NCBI RefSeq assembly: GCF_964355755.1
Contig: NC_092674.1
Span: forward strand, 17,546,001-17,610,000
Source: Antedon mediterranea
Lineage: Eukaryota > Animalia > Echinodermata
Length of the DNA stretch: 64,000 bases
Direction: 5' to 3'
Below the pieces are notes generated by a model. The model saw nothing but the letters and a program-made list of their open reading frames with translations, was not told where the DNA came from and ran no database searches. The position numbers and the translations under genes were made by a program. Shown in pieces: positions 13,967 to 24,825 of the stretch (position 1 is its first letter; the number at the start of each line of letters is the position of its first letter).

Positions 13967-15215
13967 CAAAGGGTACAGCTCAATCTTCTCACTCGGAACG
14001 GTAAAGAACGCAAAAAGAAATGGACAAGAAATGGACAGAGCCATATGGGGTCATTAAAACTGAATTGGACTGGGTCATTAGATAATGAGGAAACTAGACA
14101 ATTGGCCAATGGGACCCAAGAATCTAGGAGGTTGTTTTGAATACCGGCATACTAAAAACTGTCAATTTTAGGGGTTTATCACATGATCGATGTATTAAAT
14201 GAATAAAAATATTAAATAATAGAATAATAAGACTTAAATTTTTTGGTAAAAGTCGAGAAAGTCGACATTTTTTTTATCCAATTTTCGAAAAATCCTTGTA
14301 CTACAGTACATGAATTTTGTTTTTTAAAACACGGTAAATTCGACTACAATATGTATGTTGTATTAATTCTTAGTTCTTTTAATATGACGAGACGTTGTTT
14401 TTTGTTGTGTTTTTAGGGTGTGAACAAGTGTCAATCAAAATTGTATATATAATTATGTTACTATGTAACTATTTAAAAACCCACCCTGACTTCTGATTGG
14501 CCAACCATATTCCAAGTAGTTTGATAAGTTAGCCTTTTAAAAAAATTGAGACAAAATTACCGTTAACTTTGTCTGGGGCTTTTTTTCTAGGCCACATGGT
14601 ACTGTAGCCTATCATAGGATATGTGTAACTGTAAGAGGAGTAACTAAAGGTTACTGGATAATAACCTCTATAGTATGAGTTATTATCAAAATATATTATC
14701 AGAATTGGTGGAATGAATTATTTGATTCACATAAAAATGAATTGTAGTGGAATTGCTCTTGAAATAAATATAAAATATTTGAGAATTTACACTACTAAGG
14801 AAATAGTCTTGACAAGAATATAGAATTCACCCTTTAATGTACACTCAACTGCAAAAGTTTCCCCTCTGCTTTTTTTGTAAGGGCTTGGGACCTTCAAATA
14901 CAAAGTGCAATGAATGATATAATGTAAATTATAATGTAATAATTAAAACTGAATGTAATTTATAAAAATTACAAAATAATTTACAACATTAATCATTGCT
15001 CTTTGGATTTGGCAGCATTAAAAACTTTTTTTTATTATTCTTCTTCTTAACTTTACTGCACATTCAGAATACCATTAGATATGGTGGCCCAATGGCCAAA
15101 TTGCATAAAATACAAATATTTTGTAAAAAGTGAATATAAAATCACAGAACAACAAAAAATTGAAGATATACGAAACAGTATAAAAATTATCCATGGCTAC
15201 AACAATCATTTGGAA

Positions 15216-17330
15216 TCATTCTTTTTGCTGCTTTTTTTTCCTCTCTTGACGAAGGCGACGGATGGCAACCATAGCCGATTTCCATTCTTTAAAAGTCACA
15301 TCAGATGTTGCAGCACAATACCAATTTCCATAGTACTGAGTGTAGTTCTTATTTAATCTTGGTTGCTTACACTTTGAGCACACAATCGCAGACGTTCTTG
15401 GTTTGTATATTTTGATCGGTTTCCCTTCCGATATGTCTTTAGCCACTCGTTTTCTGTACAAGAGGGTAGTTCTAGGAATCCGAGTACTGCTAGCCTCAGG
15501 GACTGATGGTGGTGGTTTTGCTATCTCGCCTGGAACTGGGATCGACGGTCCGTTTCCTAGAGTCGCTAGGCCGGAAGTGTTTTTTGGTAGGACAAATGTG
15601 AAAGATGGAGCGCTTGTATGAACGTTTAGCACCGCTGGCTTGGTTAAAGGTTCAAGTAGGGTTTTATCAGAGACAAGTTTGGGTATTGTTGCTGAGATGC
15701 CAGATTCCAACACTTGCCGCTCTTGCTTCTTTGACGTTCTGTTGTACCTGTTGAAAATAAATCAAACACAGTATTTAAAAACTTTAATGTATTTACTGTA
15801 GCGTAAAATAACAATCAATAACAAGTAAAAACTCACCACTGGATGAGTGTCGTACGATTTATCTCCATCAACTGAAGCTTAGCAAACAACATCAGGTGTC
15901 CATTCGATAGCACTTTCCGACTAATGTTCTTGTAGCCTTTGGTAATGAGCGGCCAGCGCTGGAAACGTTTACCTTCGATAGATACGGTAGATGGATACGC
16001 TTCACATAGTTTTGTAATAATGCACTCCGTATATCGATTGCAGTCCGGCCACTGAGCTGGCCCGGTGTTCTGACCTAAGAAGCATCTTTTTAAAAAAAAA
16101 CAAAGAAACAAGTTAGATTTAAGACACATCATGCAACAAAGTAAAAAACGCTGGAAACTGCCTTACCGTCGAGTGCTTTCGAAACCAGGTATTACGGAAG
16201 TAGTTTTACTTTTCTTGAACCTGCCTTTCGTCAGGTAATCTTGATGCCGTGCTTTGCGTTTAATGGTTTTGTCATAAGCATCCAGGTTGTTCCACAACTT
16301 TGCGACATGTTCAGCATGACTTTGACTTATCACTCCACTGTCTTCCTTAAACTGCATAAGGTAGTCTGCCAGGGCTTCAACTTTGGCGTAGCCTGGAATG
16401 TTGTCCGGTCCAGTGGAATCCTCAAGTTCCTAAATTGTAAAATATGAAAACAAAATATATAATCAGACTCGTGCATTGTATTTCAAAACAGAAACAAAAT
16501 TCGTGAGGTAGAAGCTAATGATACAAATTTAACTCACTGTGTCATAAAAGGGCTGCTTTTCCTTCACCATCATCATCATCATTATCGTCACATGAAGGCA
16601 AGGGCTCCAGCTGGGGTGGTGAGGGTTCTTTAGCATTTCGAGGTTTAAAACAACGCTTAGGTGGTTTGTAGTCTGGTTGAGTCTTGTCATCATACCCTTC
16701 ATCAACATCAAAAGTGTAAATTTCTTCATCAAAGTCTTCATCATAAATGGTATCTGTTTTGACAGGAAATTGAGTTTCGAGCACTTTGTTCGACTGGTTG
16801 TACAGGTACTCCACTCCGATGAGTCCTCCGGTGTACTTTTTTGGGATGATAAAACTTTTGTACACTTTTTTTCCAATCATTTGCTTTGCTAGTTTGTTGA
16901 GAGCACGCTGGTGCAGCCCACTATATGTACTGGAGGATGGGTGCTCCAGACTGGGTAGCATCTAGTGCCCGGTTTGCGTTCCATCGAACAAGTCCATTCA
17001 TATCATGTAAGCCTGGAAATGTAAGTTGCTAGCACGCTCACCTGAGAGAAAAAAAAACATCCATAATGATTAAATAATTCAAAAAATAAATAGATAGGTT
17101 TAAAGATTAAGTGGATACCAAATAAACAGTAATACCTGGATTGAACCTGTTAAGGTAAAGGCGAATAGATTCCAAAGAAGAAGTGGAGTCTCTTGGCAAG
17201 GTAACTACTCTAACCTTAATCATCTAGCACTGGTTTTTTCTGGGTTCTGTATGCAGGCGATGTGTCCAGAGAGCCCAAGACATCACATTCATTGTTGGTG
17301 TTTCCGTCCACCCTTCACACCTCCTTCAAG
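15216..17330 (-). pseudogene. Dada-like transposase remnant, 3' exons (copy 1)
   Basis: GT-AG exons ~17330-17136, 17041-16538, 16429-16167, 16085-15837, 15747-15216. Motifs HIACIQNP, STSSLESIRLYLNRFNPG (degenerate RGSTSLESFHLHLNRFIPG), LHFQAY, GLVRWN, YTGGLIGVEYLY, GPDNIPGY, GPAQWPDC, and C-terminal CSKC..QYYGNWYC. Upstream exons are frameshifted and the N-terminus is absent. Confidence 0.85.
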
Positions 17331-18626
17331 GCATCTTGAAGTACAGCATCAGGATTTAGACACTTGTGGTTGGTCTTGTTAAATAATATTACTGCAGCAG
17401 GTGTGTATCTTCACTTCGCTGAAAAGTTGGTCTTAAGAAAACTAAAGAAACTGATCAAAGGCAAGAATATAATGTAAATTAAAATATATGATAAAACAAA
17501 ATGTTACCGTATAATGCCACTGTGCACCATGCAGTTGTAGTAAATGGCTGTAGATTTTATAAGAAAATTAGATCTAAATAAAATATCGGTGGGTTGAAAT
17601 TTCTCAAGTGATAATTAATAGTAGACCAAGACTTTAAATGTAAATAAAATACCAATAAAATGAATCAAATGTAGCATTAAAACAAATCAACTAAGAACAA
17701 ATTAATTTTCTTATCTGAATTAAGAATTAAGAAAATATTATTATACACACTTTTATGAATTATAAATAATGTTTTTTTGTTTTACGAAATTAAAAACAAT
17801 TTACAAAGGCAGCATTACAACATAAATTTGATGTAATTGAATAGTCTTTGTTTATTAATGTATAATCTTTGATTCAGAGCATTTTCTTTTATGCAATCAA
17901 GTTATTTGAGAATCTTATCTAAATCCACAAATACAATTGATTGTCTAATTAAACGAATGATTTGGATCAAAGAGTTGAAGCCTACACTTACAATAATAAT
18001 ACAAAACAATCATTATAAAAGTTAAATTGTTTTTCTATATCATAGAAGGGTAGACATAGCTTTATTTAGTTTGTTTTGTCATACCACGGTGATTAATTGT
18101 TTTATATTGTTTAAATTTAGGGTTAAAATCTATTTAAAAAAATTAATATTAACATTTTTTGCATCAAAATTAAATTTTGAAGAATAGCTCACTTTAAACG
18201 AAAAATTCATCTATTACAATTACTAACTAGGCCTACTTACTACTACTAGTAGTAGGATTGTTAAAATATTAAATAAATAAAAAAGTCTAGGCCAAAAGGG
18301 AGCCCTAAAAATATACTAGCACTAGCAGTAGCAGCAGGCCCATTGGAAAACAAAGATCTAGGCTAACTAAAAGAGTGGCACAGAGAAAATCCTACCTTTG
18401 TTTGTTAATAATAATTAATATAGCTAGGCCTAGTAGGGGCTAATAATACTAAACTACTAGGCTAGTAGTAGTACTAAAGTAACTATACTATAGTAGTACC
18501 TTACATAGCTTAGCTAGGCCTAACTAATAAATGATAATATTAATACTACTGTAATAATATTAATAATATAAATTATCATCATTTTTTAGGGCCTAGCCTA
18601 TAGTGTGCAAACAATGTAAATAACAA

Positions 18627-19328
18627 TGTCGTGGTTCGGGAATCCTTAATATTGATTTGCTAGGTTTAGACCATTAAGGTTTGGTTTGTGAAGCCATGTA
18701 TCCCATGCAACGAAACAATACGCAAAATGAGGCTGTATTTACTCTGTATCGTTTATTTTTCTAAACAGGAACAACAAACAGGAACAACAAACCCTGTATA
18801 AAACAACGTCATAATTATTATGCATCAACAGTGTAATATAATTCAACAATAAAAACAATCACAAGCAAGCTTACTACAATATGGTCACTTCACTAATTAT
18901 CAATTAGTATTACTGTATATAACATTTAACGAACTTATACCTGGATCCAATACACCAATTTCATACTACTAATCACGTCAACCTGGTAAGTTATCCAATT
19001 AACTTCAACATGGTATGTTATACAACTAACTTCAACATGTATGCTATCTAATAAGACAAAGCTGTATATCAAAGAGAAATTATTAAACAGTGAATTCATG
19101 GTCATTACAAATAATGAACGATAACAACTTAACTCGGTTATGCACATGGAGTAATACTGTAAAACATTATGGTTGTTGTATAGAAAATATCTACTCACAG
19201 TATTGGCGAGAATCCACACTTTAAAGAAATACAGTATATAACATGTCTTACTCAGACAACAACTAAAACAACTTCTGCAGAACCAACGCTCACGCAGCCT
19301 ATTCAATATAATCATTCACCTGATATGC
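18627..19328 (-). repeat. Distal 702 bp of the Gypsy 3' LTR
   Basis: Apparently identical to 24826-25527 (offset 6199). Confidence 0.95.
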
Positions 19329-19502
19329 GTGTGTTTTTATTTAAGATGATATTGTGAATTGATGCTTATACTTACCTTATATGAAATATTGTTACTTTTG
19401 TATTACATTTACGATACTTGTTTTTTGTATTGAAGCTCTGTTTATTGTAGTGTTTAAAGTATTTATAGTTACTATAATATTGTCACAAATTCACCTTCTG
19501 CA

Positions 19503-22500
19503 ATGTCGCTAGGCCAATCTAAATCTGAAGCAACTGCAAGCGGCGATGGCGTTAATGATATGATTGCGGCATTAACTAATGTTTTAAAAGGCGTTTCGGT
19601 TCAGAAAGCTCCTCCGATTAAGTTAGTAAAATTTAAGGGTGTTCCAAGATCTCCCGGGGACATTACGTTAAAAGAATGGCTTGAAGATTTTCGAATTTAT
19701 TGTGATCATTATTCGTTGGGCGATGATGATCGATACGATACCCTGATTAGTCATCTTGGTGGTTGTGCGAAGGATGAGGTTAAATGCAGTATGAGTATGT
19801 GTGAAAATGGGAAGAATGTGAAAGCGGCTATAAGAATTTTAGAACTCGCTTTTAAATCAGAGGATTCTGTTGCATCATATAGTTCAGCATTTTATTCTAG
19901 GCAATTGTTACCGGGTGAAACTTTGGCTGAATATAGCCTTTCTTTAATGAAACTGTACTCCCAACTTGTCGAAGCGTCTTATCCCTCTGAGCAATCCGCT
20001 TTGAGACATCTTCAAGATACTACTTTAAAGCAGCGTTTAGTGGACGGTGTTCGTGATCCTACAGTTAAGCGTGAATTACGTCGCATTGAGCTAGCTTTTA
20101 GAGGAAAATCTTTTTTTGATATGCGCGAAGAAGTTCTTGAGTTGTATAAAGTTGATATTGTTAGGACAAATCCGCGTGCACATGGCGTAGAATGTAATGA
20201 ACGGCCCTCAGAACTATCAGAAGTAAAGCGAGAATTGCAAGCATTAAAGAAACAAATTAGCGAAATTCAGCGTTCCCAATTTATATCTAGTCCACCTAAG
20301 TTTAATCAACATTCTACAGGTCCTTTAAAATGTTACAATTGCGGTAAAAATGGTCATACCAAATCTGATTGTGAAATACCTTCTGGGTTGTGTTGGTTTT
20401 GTAGAGGAAGAGGTCATTATTCATATGCATGTCCACATAAGAATCGTAGTAGTAATTCTAATACTCCGGGTATCCAACGTAGTGCTTCAGATACGCCTAC
20501 TCAGGATATAATTAATACTGTTTCTAAGTCACAAACCAATCATCCAATTCCAACTGGTAATGTTGAACGTGAAGTTCATATCCCTGTTGTTGCCACGGAC
20601 AATAATGGAAATATGTCTAACGTCCAATCCTTGAAATGTTCCGATGTTGTTTTAGTAGATAAATTAGTAGCCAGAAGTCCATGTACTATCCTTAGAATAG
20701 GCTCAACTGAGTTAGGTTGTATCTTGGATACAGGGGCTGAAGCTTCAATAATTCCGTCATCGGTCTATAATAAGCAATTAAAGTCAATTGTTGGAGAGCT
20801 GGGATCTGTTAATGGGCTTTTCATGAATGTTATCGGTGTTTGTGGGGTGGAGGTTCCAATCGAAGGATATGTAGAAATTCCCATTGTTATAGGTGAACAA
20901 AAGTTAACTGGTAGTTTTTTGGTAGTTTCAGATGCTGTCACTGTAACTAATCATAGTAATGAATATCCTGTTTTGATTGGGTGTAACATTTTACGCGAAT
21001 TACAAGGGTTCCATTTATTACGTGATCTTTCACATGTAACCGCTACTCATGTTGATGCTCCATGGAATAGAAAGGCTGAAATTCTTTTGCAAGTAGATGA
21101 GGATGAATCAAGTATCTTAGTTTCTTTGCAACATTCTGATGTTACTATTCCTTGTGATTCACATTCAGAAATTGTTGACGGTAGTGTAAAATCTGATATT
21201 GATGATTGTAAGTTTAGTGACCACACCCAAAGTCGACTTGTATCCGTCGGTTCTGTGCGTAAGTTATATGACATTAATCACTCTTATTCTAATTCTTTTT
21301 GTGGTACTGAGTTAAATTCTGAGAGCCAGCAGTTACCGCCTGGGGTAATTATCAACGGTAACCTTGATTGTGTGGAAACTCAACAAGTGACTAACCTATT
21401 GTCTAAATATAATCATGTTTTTTCTCATAGTGGTTTTGATGTTGGGAAGTGTGATGTTATTCCTCATGTTATCAATTTAAAAGATGAAACTCCAATTAGA
21501 CTACCATATCGTCGTATTCCTCCTCATTCTATATCAAGTGTTAAGTCTATGTTACAAGAAATGTTGGACCAAGGAATAATTAGGCCGTCCAAAAGCGAAT
21601 TTGCAAGTCCCATTGTGTTGGTCAAAAAGAAAGACGGGTCTTTGCGCATGTGCGTTGATTATAGGAAGTTGAATTTCCAAACGTTGAAAGATTCATTTCC
21701 CCTACCACGCATTGATGAGGTTCTAGAAGTACTCACTGGGTCTTGTTATTTTTCTACCTTAGATTTATCTCATGGATTTTTCCAAATTATAATGGCAGAC
21801 GAATCTATTAATAAAACTGCATTTAGGGTTCCTTGGGGACTGTATGAATTTGTTCGTATGCCGCAGGGTCTGTCTAATAGCCCGGGAACATTTCAACGTG
21901 TAATGGAATATGTATTAGGCGACATGAATTTGACTCAGATTGTGTTGTACTTGGATGACATTTTGATATTTTCTTCTTCGTTTAAACAACATTTATCTAG
22001 ATTAGAAAATGTGTTGTCCAGATTGTATAAGTATGGGTTAAAGGTTAAGGGGAAGAAGTGCGATTTCTTTAAGACGGAGGTAACCTATTTGGGTCATGTT
22101 ATCTCATCTGCTGGAGTTGCTGTAGACTATGGGAAAATAGAAAAGATACTGACCTGGCCAACGCCAAAAAGTATTACTGAACTTAAATCATTTCTGGGAC
22201 TCTCTTCATACTATCGAAAGTTTATTTGTAATTATGCCAAAATTGCTGCGCCCTTGCATTTGGTAACCCGGTTGTCTGACACACAAGCGGGGAAGGCCCA
22301 CAGTTTTCGTTGGACTGAAATTGAAGAAGCCGCATTTGTTGAATTAAAAAATGCTTTAACTAAACCCCCAGTTCTTGTATATCCCAAATTTGATGAACCA
22401 TTTGTTATTGAAGTAGATGCCAGTTTGAAAGGTTTAGGTGCTTGCTTGTTGCAGGAGTCTAATGGTTCTCTTCATCCAATTGCTTATGCAAGTAGAAGTC

Positions 22501-24470
22501 TTCGTGGTGCTGAATGCCGATACCCTGATTTATCGAGTTTTAAGTTAGAGTTGTTGGGGCTAAAATGGGCAGTGGTGGATAAATTCGCTTCTTACATTCA
22601 GGGTTCAAAGGTTACCATTTTTACTGATCATAATCCTTTAGCGCATTTAAAAACTGCAAAGCTTGGCGCTACAGAAATGAGATGGGTCTCTCAGTTAGCT
22701 ATGTTCGATATTGAAATCAAATATAAGCCAGGTTCTAGCAACAAATGTGCCGATACTTTAAGTCGTCGTCCGATTAGTGTGTGTACGGATTTTAAGTCGG
22801 ATCTAGGAGTTATCGCTTCATGTCTTAATATATATGTTGATTCTCATCCCTCAATTAATAAGTGTAAACCATGTATTGAAATTGATCAATCATCACGTAA
22901 TATTAACAAAGCATTGTCTATTTTTCCTTCATACTCCCATGAGCAGTTGGCAGAATGTCAGAAGAAAGATAGGGAATTGGGAGAAATCTGGAAATTATGG
23001 ATGGAAAAATGGTGTCCTGGTGACCGCTACAATACAGATAATTCTAGAATGTTGGGCTGGTTGAGACAGTGGACAAGTTATAGAGAGATTTGTGGAGTTC
23101 TGTATAGAGAGATCAATGAGGATATCCATGGTAAAATTCATCAATTGTTAGTGCCTACTAATTTGCGCAATCTTTTTATAGATTTATGTCATGATAAATG
23201 GGCTCATCAAGGAGTTCAACGGACTATACAACTTCTAAAGCGTCGATGTTTCTGGCCAGGTATGAATGGTGATGTACGTACGCATATTTCCAAGTGTTTT
23301 AGTTGTGTATCTAGTAAAGTCCCTACTCCAACGGTCAAACCCCCTCTTCGTCATATTCTAGCCTTTCGTCCCGAAGAGATTCTTGCTATAGATTTCTTAA
23401 AGATGGATCGTGGAAAGGGAGGCTATGAAGACATTCTTGTTATGACTGATGTGTTTAGTAAGTTTTCACTAGCGGTCCCATGTAAAGATCAGACGGCTGA
23501 TACAGTGGCTCGTGTATTGAGAGATAATTGGTTTTCCCACTATGGTGTGCCAGCACGGTTACATTCGGATCAAGGTAGATCCTTTGAGGGTAAAATTATT
23601 CAAGGTATATGTAGTCTTTATGGCATGACAAAATCTCGCACTACAGCGTATTGGCCTGCAGGTAATGGGCAGTGCGAACGTTTCAACAAGACCTTATGCA
23701 GTTTATTGCGTTCTTTAAGCCCGAAAGATCGACGCAAATGGCCCGAATTGCTGCAGCATATTGTGTTTATGTATAATTCCACCCCTCATACCGTTACAGG
23801 TGTAACACCGTATCTTCTTATGTTTGGTCGTGAACCATTAATTCCATTAGATCACTTTATTGGAGGTGCGGAGCAAGATTGGTCTGAGGATTATTTGACT
23901 AAAGAAGCTGATCTCATGAAGAGGGCATATGAAGTGGTTTCACGTAGAGTCAAATCAGCAGCAGCTAAAGAAGAGCATCGTTATAAGTCTTGTTCTCCGA
24001 CGGAAATATTAGAAATTGGTGATCGGGTTTTACTTCGTCGAAGACATTTTAATACTAGACATAAATTGGCCAATAAGTTCGAGGAGCACTCGTATATTGT
24101 TGAGACTATTAACAAAGAAGCAGACGTTTTTGGTATCCGCTCTGCAGTTGGGGGTCCTTTGAATTATGTTAACCGCAGACGATTGCGATCGGATCCTAGG
24201 AGTGTGGTGGAAGAACTGGTACATTTTGATTGGAATGAGTGGTTGCCGTATGATGGTCTAGAAGTGGATGTAAATTATAAAGATGAAAGTTGTGAGTCTG
24301 AATCGGATGATGATGTTGAAAGTTTTAAGATTGTTGTAGATGTGAATTCTGATCAATCAATAGATGTTGAGCGTGATGATTCGAGAGTAATTCCAAGGCG
24401 ATCATCTCGTTTTACAAAAGGTGTTCACAAAAATCGATATCGCTTACCCATGTCCACTCTTAAAAAATAA
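19503..24470 (+). CDS. Gypsy Gag-Pol polyprotein (single ORF, 1655 aa)
   Basis: Gag with two CCHC knuckles (CYNCGKNGHTKSDC, CWFCRGRGHYSYAC), protease LDTGA, RT (LRMCVDYRKLN, YLDD), RNase H (VDAS, TDHNPL, ADTLSR), integrase HHCC plus IDF/SDQG/CERFN. Order PR-RT-RH-IN, no stops. Confidence 0.98.
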   Translation: MSLGQSKSEATASGDGVNDMIAALTNVLKGVSVQKAPPIKLVKFKGVPRSPGDITLKEWLEDFRIYCDHYSLGDDDRYDTLISHLGGCAKDEVKCSMSMCENGKNVKAAIRILELAFKSEDSVASYSSAFYSRQLLPGETLAEYSLSLMKLYSQLVEASYPSEQSALRHLQDTTLKQRLVDGVRDPTVKRELRRIELAFRGKSFFDMREEVLELYKVDIVRTNPRAHGVECNERPSELSEVKRELQALKKQISEIQRSQFISSPPKFNQHSTGPLKCYNCGKNGHTKSDCEIPSGLCWFCRGRGHYSYACPHKNRSSNSNTPGIQRSASDTPTQDIINTVSKSQTNHPIPTGNVEREVHIPVVATDNNGNMSNVQSLKCSDVVLVDKLVARSPCTILRIGSTELGCILDTGAEASIIPSSVYNKQLKSIVGELGSVNGLFMNVIGVCGVEVPIEGYVEIPIVIGEQKLTGSFLVVSDAVTVTNHSNEYPVLIGCNILRELQGFHLLRDLSHVTATHVDAPWNRKAEILLQVDEDESSILVSLQHSDVTIPCDSHSEIVDGSVKSDIDDCKFSDHTQSRLVSVGSVRKLYDINHSYSNSFCGTELNSESQQLPPGVIINGNLDCVETQQVTNLLSKYNHVFSHSGFDVGKCDVIPHVINLKDETPIRLPYRRIPPHSISSVKSMLQEMLDQGIIRPSKSEFASPIVLVKKKDGSLRMCVDYRKLNFQTLKDSFPLPRIDEVLEVLTGSCYFSTLDLSHGFFQIIMADESINKTAFRVPWGLYEFVRMPQGLSNSPGTFQRVMEYVLGDMNLTQIVLYLDDILIFSSSFKQHLSRLENVLSRLYKYGLKVKGKKCDFFKTEVTYLGHVISSAGVAVDYGKIEKILTWPTPKSITELKSFLGLSSYYRKFICNYAKIAAPLHLVTRLSDTQAGKAHSFRWTEIEEAAFVELKNALTKPPVLVYPKFDEPFVIEVDASLKGLGACLLQESNGSLHPIAYASRSLRGAECRYPDLSSFKLELLGLKWAVVDKFASYIQGSKVTIFTDHNPLAHLKTAKLGATEMRWVSQLAMFDIEIKYKPGSSNKCADTLSRRPISVCTDFKSDLGVIASCLNIYVDSHPSINKCKPCIEIDQSSRNINKALSIFPSYSHEQLAECQKKDRELGEIWKLWMEKWCPGDRYNTDNSRMLGWLRQWTSYREICGVLYREINEDIHGKIHQLLVPTNLRNLFIDLCHDKWAHQGVQRTIQLLKRRCFWPGMNGDVRTHISKCFSCVSSKVPTPTVKPPLRHILAFRPEEILAIDFLKMDRGKGGYEDILVMTDVFSKFSLAVPCKDQTADTVARVLRDNWFSHYGVPARLHSDQGRSFEGKIIQGICSLYGMTKSRTTAYWPAGNGQCERFNKTLCSLLRSLSPKDRRKWPELLQHIVFMYNSTPHTVTGVTPYLLMFGREPLIPLDHFIGGAEQDWSEDYLTKEADLMKRAYEVVSRRVKSAAAKEEHRYKSCSPTEILEIGDRVLLRRRHFNTRHKLANKFEEHSYIVETINKEADVFGIRSAVGGPLNYVNRRRLRSDPRSVVEELVHFDWNEWLPYDGLEVDVNYKDESCESESDDDVESFKIVVDVNSDQSIDVERDDSRVIPRRSSRFTKGVHKNRYRLPMSTLKK

Positions 24471-24505
24471 ATTTGTTTCGCTCCTTTTGGGTCAAAAGGG
24501 CATCC

Positions 24506-24516
24506 AAGCGGGGAAA
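24506..24516 (+). other. Polypurine tract
   Basis: AAGCGGGGAAA lies one base before the LTR start TGTAATGG at 24518. Confidence 0.8.
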
Positions 24517-24517
24517 T

Positions 24518-24606
24518 TGTAATGGATCGGAAAGCTTCCGAAGTTTCTTATATCTACATTATTGGTGGCGCAATATATTGCATTGCATTGCTATTGTTCA
24601 CTACTG
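24518..24606 (+). repeat. First 89 bp of the Gypsy 3' LTR (carried by the inversion)
   Basis: Exact reverse complement of 25546-25634. Confidence 0.95.
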
Positions 24607-24804
24607 ATATGCATGTCCATCGAAACAAAGATTCTGTAATATTATTATATAAAACCATACACCTTCCGTTCTAAAATTAAATTAAGTTAATTAATCTTAT
24701 CTGTCCAATACTCCTTGTCTTATGCACGATCCAGGGTTTGGTAAAACAATTGTTGAAAATACACAAGGCAATCCTCCTTCAGGAATGCTTGAAACGTTGC
24801 ATCC

Positions 24805-24822
24805 ATCCTGTCCGTGACGCCA
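24805..24822 (-). other. Primer-binding site, tRNA-Ser-like
   Basis: Minus strand reads LTR end ..CCACGACA-AAT-TGGCGTCACGGACAGGAT. This is complementary to a tRNA 3' end ATCCTGTCCGTGACGCCA, resembling tRNA-Ser(CGA). Confidence 0.88.
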
Positions 24823-24825
24823 ATT

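Noticed and set aside
15081-16892. Plus-strand ORFs over the transposase exons (also 27299-29110 and 54708-55632)
   Set aside because: Antisense shadows of the minus-strand coding exons.
18935-19315. 126-aa ORF duplicated at 25134-25514
   Set aside because: Lies within the LTR and is identical only because the LTRs are identical. No recognisable motif.
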